Source of the DNA: Candidatus Latescibacterota bacterium
GTDB taxonomy: Bacteria > Latescibacterota > UBA2968 > UBA8231
DNA length: 64,000 nt
NCBI GenBank assembly: GCA_965243025.1
Contig: CBDETY010000003.1
Span: 2,208,001-2,272,000 of the forward strand
Direction of reading: 5' to 3'
This document shows, piece after piece, positions 57,623 through 64,000 of the stretch. How positions within the stretch are numbered: position 1 is the first letter of the stretch; each line of letters starts with the position of its first letter. A program made the translations under genes and the position numbers. Under the pieces are notes generated by a model. That model did not search any database and was not told the origin of the DNA. It was given only the letters and a program-made list of their open reading frames with translations.

Positions 57623-57821
57623 GGCTCAGAACGCCAGTCCAGACATTGACTGAGGATTTTCCAGACGCCATAAATCCGGCTCCGCTTGTGCACGTCCCCC
57701 CTGGGCTCGTAGCGAATTCCGTTCCCCTTGAACCGCACCTGCCCGTCCTCCTCGAGGATCCTGCGACGGCTTTCCGCTTCCGTCTCCACGTCCGGACTTT
57801 CTTCCGCCAATCCCCCGCCGA

Positions 57822-58862
57822 TCAGTTCGGATCCTCTGGTTCGGAACCGCATGAGGACGACTGGCTGGCGGATACGATGACCTTGGGGGCCGTGCCGGGC
57901 ACCGGGTAAGGCTCAATTGTCCCCACACCGCAGGACCACCGGCTACCCGATGCGGCGACCTTGGGGGCTGTGCCGGGAACCCGGTAGTACTCAGCACCGG
58001 AGGGGTCCACCTTGTAGCCGAGATCGGCGAAGGCCTGTACGGTAACGGCGCTGAGGACCCGGCGGACACCGGGCTCTCTTCCGAGGGTCATGATCTCGTT
58101 GCCGAAAACGGACTTTCGCCAGTGGGAGTCCCGGCCGATCCCCATGTGCTCGACGGGTACGCCTTCCCTGTCGTACGTGCCTCCGGCCTCCTCAAACGCC
58201 TGAAGTGCCTGACGGCCGGTGAAATGGGTTTCTTCCCCGGGAGTACACCAGGATGGAAGGGCCAGCATGTTTTCCCAGGGCGGGCGGGACGCCCCAAAGC
58301 CCAACACATGGCCCAGCTCGTGAATCATGGCGTCTCTGCCCAGGTCGTAGCTTTCCTCGAACACCCGGTCATTCAGGACCACACCGCCAATGAGGGGGAC
58401 ACGAGTGTCGCCGCCCCGGGTCATTATAGCGCCACCGTAACCGTAAATTCCCTCGGGCAACGAAGCCAAGGTCACGTACACGAGCACGTCATCGAGGATT
58501 CCACCGAAGTAAATCCGCTCGAACCATTCATCCCACCCGCATTGCGGCCACCACTCCTCCTCATTCGTATCGAATGGGTATTCTTCGAAGTGAAAATCAA
58601 TCACGTCAGTCGTTATGATGCTCTCCCACGTGGCCGCCGCCTCCTCGATCACACGACGCTGTTTTGGTGAGAATTGATGCCCGGAGGTATGACGCTGCTT
58701 GGCGAAGGGTCCAGGATCGGACACGAAAACCAGGTCGATGTTGAATCCGGGCCTGGGAGAAGGATCGAACAGCTCAGGCTCAATGGAGTTTGTCGGTGTG
58801 CGGTTGCAACCGGCTGAAACCAGAATCACTGCGACGAACGACAGAATCAGAGCGGTTTTCAT
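57822..58862 (-). CDS. Leishmanolysin (M8)-like zinc metallopeptidase lipoprotein
   Basis: Lipobox signal MKTALILSFVAVILVSAG-C; HELGH zinc motif, DSHW third ligand, NEIM Met-turn; lower GC. Confidence 0.8.
   Translation of the reverse strand: MKTALILSFVAVILVSAGCNRTPTNSIEPELFDPSPRPGFNIDLVFVSDPGPFAKQRHTSGHQFSPKQRRVIEEAAATWESIITTDVIDFHFEEYPFDTNEEEWWPQCGWDEWFERIYFGGILDDVLVYVTLASLPEGIYGYGGAIMTRGGDTRVPLIGGVVLNDRVFEESYDLGRDAMIHELGHVLGFGASRPPWENMLALPSWCTPGEETHFTGRQALQAFEEAGGTYDREGVPVEHMGIGRDSHWRKSVFGNEIMTLGREPGVRRVLSAVTVQAFADLGYKVDPSGAEYYRVPGTAPKVAASGSRWSCGVGTIEPYPVPGTAPKVIVSASQSSSCGSEPEDPN
57879..57986. repeat. Imperfect direct repeat (78-bp period) at the peptidase C-terminus
   Basis: GACCTTGGGGGCCGTGCCGGGCACCGGGTA (57879-908) vs GACCTTGGGGGCTGTGCCGGGAACCCGGTA (57957-986); encodes Y.VPGTAPKV...SCG twice. 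Confidence 0.8.
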
Positions 58863-58924
58863 GGCAGCACCTCGTAAAGGCCGATCGAGCCCCGAGAAAG
58901 GATACGGAACTCCGGCTCATAAGC

Positions 58925-59005
58925 TTATGGTTCCGGTGATGGGACCGTGGCCTTGATCCGGCCCCAGGTTTCGGCCTCCACGGCCGTCTGACCCGGGCCC
59001 AGCAG
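58925..59005 (-). pseudogene. Orphan C-terminal fragment carrying a TAVE..TWG.IK motif
   Basis: Minus frame ends LLGPGQTAVEAETWGRIKATVPSPEP*; upstream sequence is not convincingly coding. Confidence 0.45.
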
Positions 59006-59271
59006 GCACGGTATTCTCCAAGGAGACAAAGCTCCTTCTGAGCACCCCTCCATGGTCTTGTTGACTATTACGGTCTTTGGCCTTGCCCCGTGAACGATGC
59101 AAACATCACCTGCGAGTTCCCGAGTATTCGATCGATTCAACAATAGATCCCCCATCCTTGATCTCAACCCCCCTTGGAACCTCCATGGAAGGGGGACCGG
59201 TTTTACCGCAGTACAATCAATATAACCGGCTGATCCTGAGAACACCTGCGGTTATCGTCGGGGGACAAATG

Positions 59272-60378
59272 TTACCGGCAGCGCTCCTCGAACACCCTGA
59301 CCCCGGTGCGCACCGTCGTCAGGGCCAGCTCCACCCGCTGCGCGAACGCGCCGTACATCCCCATCTCGGTGCCGAACGCCATGCCGTGCCGGCGCGAGGC
59401 GTAGTCCATCAGGTTGAGGCCCTCCCCGCGCCTGGTGGCGTCGAGCCAGAAGACCGCCTGCTGCGAGCTCGTGAACCACTTCGACGGGGCGTCCCCCGCC
59501 TCGGCGAGGGTGACCCCGGTGGCGGCGATCTCGCCGATGATCTCGCGCGCCGCCCGCTCCTCCCAGCGCTGGCTCTCCGCGTCCGGCAGCGCCCGCGCCG
59601 ACAGCCAGAAGCGGTCCTCCATCAGCGAGGATTCGTGCAGGTCGAAGCTGATCCCGGGCTCGATCTCCTCCATGAGGCGGCGCGTCACCCGCGGCTCCAC
59701 CGGCGCCCAGGCGGTGTCGTGGAAGCGGTTGATGTGCAGGATCTCGCCGTCGAAGCCGATGATCAGGGTGTAGGCGCGCCCGAAGTCCCCGGTCCCTTCG
59801 ACCCCGGGCTCGCCGGGGTTCATGTACACGCGGCGGCCGTACACCGGCTCGAGGATCCCCGGCTCCTCCCTGAACAGCCGCTGCAGCCGATGGAAGAAGT
59901 AGATCTGCGTGCAGGCCCGTTCCGGCTGCGGGCGGCTCAGGGTGTATCCGTACTCGCCGATCAGCACGAGGAGGAGGTCGTCCTCCTCGAACAGGACGTC
60001 CCCCTGTTCCCGCAGCAGGGACTCGAGCTCGTCGTAGGAGCCGAACTCCGGTGGTTCCCCGAGCCCGAGGGAGAGGGCGTGGGCGAAGCCGTTGAGGCCG
60101 ACCGGGTCGCGGGTCGGGATCACGTACACGGCGTGCTCGGTGTCGAGCCGGTCGATCAGCTCGACCGCGGCGCTGACCCCGGCGTGCTCGGTCGAGTGGC
60201 TGCCCGCGGTGATGAAGACGGCCGGCGCCTTGTTTCCTCCGCCGCGGGCCGCTACCAGGGGGGAGCCGTCGAGGGTGTGGCCGAGGGTGCGCACCTGCCG
60301 GCTGCGGCGCGTCACCTCGTCGAGGAGTTCTTCGTATTTCCAGTAAACCTTGTTATATTCGGTCTTAAGTGGTTTCAT
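59272..60378 (-). CDS. M14-family zinc carboxypeptidase/deacylase-like protein
   Basis: GSHSTEHAG (HxxE), PTRDPVG, INRF, FDLHE, GTEMG. Confidence 0.8.
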   Translation of the reverse strand: MKPLKTEYNKVYWKYEELLDEVTRRSRQVRTLGHTLDGSPLVAARGGGNKAPAVFITAGSHSTEHAGVSAAVELIDRLDTEHAVYVIPTRDPVGLNGFAHALSLGLGEPPEFGSYDELESLLREQGDVLFEEDDLLLVLIGEYGYTLSRPQPERACTQIYFFHRLQRLFREEPGILEPVYGRRVYMNPGEPGVEGTGDFGRAYTLIIGFDGEILHINRFHDTAWAPVEPRVTRRLMEEIEPGISFDLHESSLMEDRFWLSARALPDAESQRWEERAAREIIGEIAATGVTLAEAGDAPSKWFTSSQQAVFWLDATRRGEGLNLMDYASRRHGMAFGTEMGMYGAFAQRVELALTTVRTGVRVFEERCR

Positions 60379-60458
60379 AGGGAAAAAGCTCCATTTAGGG
60401 TAGTCTCTAAGATAGAATATCTTTTGGGATTATCTATAAGAACAACCAAAGTTAAAAC

Positions 60459-61358
60459 ATGGAAAAATCCGAAATCCGCCGAATCGTCGAGGGTCGAATC
60501 TCCCCCCATACTCGCAAGCAGTACGGATACTGCCTTGCTCGAATTGGCCGGGAAATCGACACAGACGAGGGATTATGTGAATACATCGAAGAGAAATTCC
60601 GGGAAGGGAAAGCACCCGGCTCGATACAGAATATCCTCAATGCGGTTCGTTGGGATTGCGAGAGAAACGGGAAACCGTCTCCCGTAGGTCCCCTAACAAG
60701 AGCCCGAATAAAGGCGATGAGACGGGAAGGACGCAACCGAGGCAGAGGGCAGGCAAAGGGGGTTCAGTGGCAACAAGCTGCGGAGGTTGCGGCAATGGCG
60801 GAACGGGACACCTCTCTTGTCGGTTTGCGGGATGCTGCCATGATTGCCGTTCAATCCGATGGACTCTTACGGGTTAGTGAGGTGGCGAAAATCCGAGTCG
60901 AGGACGTGCAGTTTGGAGAGGACGGAACCGCCACCCTCCGTATTCCCTACTCGAAGACAGACCAAGACGGCAGAGATTGCCCGGAATTATTCCTTGGCTA
61001 TCCTACTGCCAGCCGAATACGTGCTTGGTTGGGTGCTTCAGGGATTCAGGAAGGACCATTGTTCCGAAGAGTCCATATCGGGGCAAAGCGAACCGGAACG
61101 AGAATCGCCGATGGAGAGATGAGTACAGAAGGAGTGCGGGGAATTCTCAAGCGACGTTGCAAGGCTGCCGGAATTGAGGGAATTTCTGGCCATTCCTTCA
61201 GGGTAGGAAGCGCGCAATCCTTGGCGGTTATGGGAGCGAGCTTGATTGAGATGCAACAGGCTGGCCGATGGACAAGCCCCGAGATGCCGTATCACTACAG
61301 CAAAAAACAGCTTGCCGCAAAAGGTGCCGTTGCCCGCCTCAGATACGGGCAGCAATAA
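60459..61358 (+). CDS. Tyrosine recombinase/integrase (Cre-like)
   Basis: GLRDAAMI..GLLRVSE (R), YSKTDQ (K), SGHSFRVG (HxxR), AGRW (W), MPYHY (Y). Confidence 0.92.
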   Translation: MEKSEIRRIVEGRISPHTRKQYGYCLARIGREIDTDEGLCEYIEEKFREGKAPGSIQNILNAVRWDCERNGKPSPVGPLTRARIKAMRREGRNRGRGQAKGVQWQQAAEVAAMAERDTSLVGLRDAAMIAVQSDGLLRVSEVAKIRVEDVQFGEDGTATLRIPYSKTDQDGRDCPELFLGYPTASRIRAWLGASGIQEGPLFRRVHIGAKRTGTRIADGEMSTEGVRGILKRRCKAAGIEGISGHSFRVGSAQSLAVMGASLIEMQQAGRWTSPEMPYHYSKKQLAAKGAVARLRYGQQ

Positions 61359-61393
61359 AGCCCCCGGGAGGCGATTTCCTGGGGGGCTTTATT
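61354..61393. terminator. Bidirectional rho-independent terminator
   Basis: AATAAAGCCCCC-GGGAG-GCGA-TTTCC-TGGGGGGCTTTATT between convergent genes. Confidence 0.8.
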
Positions 61394-61421
61394 GTCTATT
61401 TTCTGGTTTTGTCTGGCCCTC

Positions 61422-61832
61422 TCAATTTCCTGCCATATCCAGAACACCAACAAAGGCCACTACTCCCAAGAAGCCATACCACAACCGACTCGACCTTTTC
61501 CTCTTTCTCGTCCCTTCCTTGTAGCTCATGGCGAAAGCTTTCTTGTATATTTCGCTTTCGCCTTCCTGGGATAGTTGGAGCTTTTGGGGAACATTATCTC
61601 CCCGTGTCATCCACCACTGGGGGATGACCCAGATTGTTCCTCCCACGATTCCGGATGCAAATCCCGCACCCACAGCCACCAGCCTGGTTTTCGCCATGCT
61701 GGCCTCATGTGCGGCCACCTCTCCTTCAATTTTTCCGTCAATGGCCCCTTTCTTGGTCACGACCACGACGGTATCCTGAGTAGCCCCCACGGAGCCCGCC
61801 AACAGGCATACGAACAGCAGCAATTTTCCCAT
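61422..61832 (-). CDS. Hypothetical exported membrane protein (element cargo)
   Basis: ATG at 61832 with RBS AGGAGAGG; signal-like MGKLLLFVCLLAGSVGA and two further hydrophobic segments. Confidence 0.65.
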   Translation of the reverse strand: MGKLLLFVCLLAGSVGATQDTVVVVTKKGAIDGKIEGEVAAHEASMAKTRLVAVGAGFASGIVGGTIWVIPQWWMTRGDNVPQKLQLSQEGESEIYKKAFAMSYKEGTRKRKRSSRLWYGFLGVVAFVGVLDMAGN

Positions 61833-61945
61833 GTCCCTCTCCTTTTCGATGGGTGAGGTGGGAAAGTAATGAGAATCTAACCGATGATGCCAGGGCGGGC
61901 GCAATAGCTCGGGGATGAAGGCGGCGGCTATTGGGAGCTATTTCC

Positions 61946-63025
61946 TTACTCCAGCCCCGCCAATCTCAAAGCTTCGTCAAGCTCGACACCACTACCGGCC
62001 AGGGAAGCGGCTGCCCTCGCCTTCGACATAACGTCAGAGGCAAACAGCCTGTCGAAAGACAGGGTTACCGGAGTTTCCAGCTTCTCGGATAGTTCCGCCT
62101 CGACGGATCGCGCAACCGGGCTGACGCTACTGTGCAAAAACTGCCTCCAAGCCTCTCGCCTTGCTGCCCCGTCTCCACGTTCTGAGACAAGCGACAGAGG
62201 CACCCCGCAAGCCTGCAACAGACTGTGGGCAACGTCTTCCCGTAGTTCTCTGAGGCTGTCGGGAGGGTCTGCGCCAATTCTGACGGGTACGAAGTCTTTC
62301 CGGGGAGCGGTGTTCATCCCCTCCCCAAATCCCCCGGCTGTAGTCTCGACAAGGGCGGTTTTTCCCTTCAGGGTCTTCAGGGTCTGCCGCAATTCCCCGT
62401 ATGCGTCGAATTCTTCCCCGTCTACCTCTGCCGGTTCCGGATCGCTTGGAACCGGGAGTAAATGGCCAACAATTCCGCCAGTTTCTTCGCTCAGACGCTT
62501 TTCGAGGTTCCCGAGTAGGGTAGAGGTAAGGGAGGCTCGCTTCCAGGGAGAAGCGCCAAATTCGGGCAATTCTGCCTGATAACTCCATCGGCAATGAATC
62601 ACTTGGTCTGCCGGTGCTCGTTGGTAGGTTAAGGTCGATGAAGGTCCGTACACCGTACACCGGTACCGCCAACTGTTGCGGCTGGCTTTCCCGGTTACGG
62701 AAAAGTCACCAACCGGCAGCAATTCCAGCTTCCCCCCCTCGACTTGGATCACTGCCAACCCTTCGCCTCGAAGTACCAACTCTTGCCCGATCCATCCGAG
62801 AAACTCAGGAGTCAAAGCCTGTGTAAGGGGTGTAGCAGGATCTACAGCCGCTGAGGAGAAGGCCCGTCTCCACAATCCCGCAGCCGTTTCTATCGCAGCC
62901 ACACCCCTTACAAGCTGGCTGTCGTCTGAATCTGCCTGAGATTCGACGGCATTTAGCAGAATGTTGGTGAACCCGTCTACCTCGGTAGATCGCTTCTCAG
63001 TCTTTGTAAATGGCCAAAATTTCAC
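61946..63025 (-). CDS. Phage portal protein (short HK97-like)
   Basis: MKFWPF..EKRS N-terminus, ELVLRGEGLAVI, VIHCRW, FGASPW, QACGVPLSLV, VARSVEAELSEKL. Confidence 0.8.
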   Translation of the reverse strand: MKFWPFTKTEKRSTEVDGFTNILLNAVESQADSDDSQLVRGVAAIETAAGLWRRAFSSAAVDPATPLTQALTPEFLGWIGQELVLRGEGLAVIQVEGGKLELLPVGDFSVTGKASRNSWRYRCTVYGPSSTLTYQRAPADQVIHCRWSYQAELPEFGASPWKRASLTSTLLGNLEKRLSEETGGIVGHLLPVPSDPEPAEVDGEEFDAYGELRQTLKTLKGKTALVETTAGGFGEGMNTAPRKDFVPVRIGADPPDSLRELREDVAHSLLQACGVPLSLVSERGDGAARREAWRQFLHSSVSPVARSVEAELSEKLETPVTLSFDRLFASDVMSKARAAASLAGSGVELDEALRLAGLE

Positions 63026-63034
63026 CGGTAAAAA

Positions 63035-63394
63035 TTACTCCGGAAGAGTGGTAATACTGTCTGACTTGCAGTGCAACCGTTGCCACCTTTTTCGATCCAA
63101 AGCCTCGATTCGGGCAATTACGAGGGTCTCCCCGTCATGTCGTATCCAATCGTCTGTTTTGTACCGCTTGGAATACCGTACGGTAAAGACTGCCTCGTTT
63201 TCTTCGCCTCTGTGGGTCAAGAATCCCGTAGCGGTGACAAGGTTCGATTCTGCTCCCGGATCGCGTCTGCACCACACCTTAGAGAAGGTTTCCGGGGTCC
63301 GTCTGCCCTCGGGGATTGGTCCGTGTTCGAGGATTGAATCGAGGGCAAAGCGCAGCCTCTGGCGTGTAGTTTTCGCAAGATCAGGCATGTTCAA
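63035..63394 (-). CDS. Putative head-closure/head-tail adaptor protein
   Basis: ~119 aa; KVWCRR...AVFTVRY...WIRHDGETLVIARIEALDRKRWQRLHC pattern typical of gp16/FII-like adaptors; lies next to the portal gene. Confidence 0.6.
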   Translation of the reverse strand: MNMPDLAKTTRQRLRFALDSILEHGPIPEGRRTPETFSKVWCRRDPGAESNLVTATGFLTHRGEENEAVFTVRYSKRYKTDDWIRHDGETLVIARIEALDRKRWQRLHCKSDSITTLPE

Positions 63395-63689
63395 TTACGG
63401 CTGCCGTATGCTTTCGCCAGGTAGACAACAGCCCCTTTGCCCCGCTGTTTGTGAAGGCGGTTGAATAGTTGGGGTGTTGGCTGCCGTCGATGTCGTAGAG
63501 ATACGAGACAAAGCGTACCGTTGCCTCTTTCTTTGTCGCCATTGGTGCTTGTGGTGCGTACCGTTCGATTTCCGCATTGGCAACCCCGCAAAGGTCCGTC
63601 AACCGCTGTTCAATGGCTGCCTCAAGCGTCTCTGTTGTGTCTGCGATGATGCGAAGGGCAACCCCTATTTTCTGCACGTCTACAGCCAT
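63381..63689 (-). CDS. Putative head-tail connector (gp6/gp15-like)
   Basis: ATG at 63689; helical 102 aa protein, AEIERYAPQAP..KEATVRFVSYLYD...NSGAKGLLSTWR. Confidence 0.6.
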   Translation of the reverse strand: MAVDVQKIGVALRIIADTTETLEAAIEQRLTDLCGVANAEIERYAPQAPMATKKEATVRFVSYLYDIDGSQHPNYSTAFTNSGAKGLLSTWRKHTAAVIEHA

Positions 63690-64000
63690 AGCAACCGCTC
63701 CGCTTTGTGTCGCCGTCTCGGGAGGTTGTGGTATTCCGGTTCTCCCCAACCTTCGGAAGCGTCTGTACTCCCGATTACCAGTGCTCGTAAGATGGCAGCC
63801 GAGTACGCCATTGTTACCCCTTGGATAATCCCCTCTGACAATCCCCTGTCCAAGTGCGGCCGTACGTAAACCGGGGCAGCTTCGATCTTGTCGAGAAGGT
63901 CGTCTACCATTCCTTCCGGTACGTCGATCTCAACCGAAAGACCGTTTTCGAGTCGCTTCCCTCGTACTGTTCCCCGTGAAGTACTGGCCAATGGGCTGCC
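63680..64000 (-). CDS. 5'-truncated phage protein, possibly prohead protease-like
   Basis: Frame open to the window end; PLAST..G...GLSVEIDVP resembles HK97 protease segments; ends RRRHKAERLLWL, overlapping the next gene. Confidence 0.4.
   Translation of the reverse strand, partial: GSPLASTSRGTVRGKRLENGLSVEIDVPEGMVDDLLDKIEAAPVYVRPHLDRGLSEGIIQGVTMAYSAAILRALVIGSTDASEGWGEPEYHNLPRRRHKAERLLWL

Larger units (their letters stand above)
60330..64000. mobile_element. Integrated phage-like element / capsid-encoding satellite (left end; continues beyond the window)
   Basis: Abrupt drop in GC at ~60330; integrase, portal and head-completion genes. Confidence 0.8.

Noticed and set aside
58870-59270. Possible riboswitch or ncRNA upstream of the lipoprotein peptidase
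   Set aside because: No recognisable riboswitch consensus by eye, and part of it is a coding remnant; an Rfam/Infernal scan would be needed.

Overview
GC-rich bacterial chromosomal window. The secreted WD40/EF-hand/FlgD-Ig protein, a TWGxIK C-terminal motif, ankyrin and FG-GAP proteins, and expanded PhyH/enolase/GHL10 families suggest a Latescibacterota/Gemmatimonadota-like (FCB group), possibly sponge-associated organism; this assignment is inference only. No rRNA, tRNA or CRISPR array was seen. Main blocks: (1) the 3' part of a WD40 surface-protein gene (<1-2826); (2) a mostly translationally coupled six-gene lipid/isoprenoid-modifying operon of unknown product: UbiA-like prenyltransferase, RPH/PEP-synthase-like phosphotransferase, DUF3419/BtaA-like SAM enzyme, dolichol/phytol-kinase-like protein, GNAT, acyl-adenylating enzyme (3005-11919); (3) gene debris, including a deletion-disrupted MNT-HEPN toxin-antitoxin pair; (4) an accessory FAS-II cluster with enoyl reductase, FabH, FabA, FabZ, FabF/B, a non-canonical ACP, PlsC-like acyltransferase and its own PPTase (15003-21296); (5) mixed metabolic genes (enolase superfamily, two PhyH dioxygenases, pncC, an atypical dxs, macrodomain, ankyrin-inserted acyltransferase, cation antiporter-RCK fusion); (6) a ~15 kb minus-strand cytoplasmic sugar/amine catabolic run (40375-55463); (7) two further TA pairs, an amidase and a leishmanolysin-like lipoprotein; (8) the left end of a lower-GC integrated element (from ~60330) with a Cre-like integrase, portal and head-completion genes and no tail genes in the visible part (cf-PICI-like satellite), which appears to have replaced the 5' end of a host M14 peptidase gene. 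The best candidates for an undescribed system are the lipid operon and the capsid-satellite-like element. All calls come from motif reading, without database searches.
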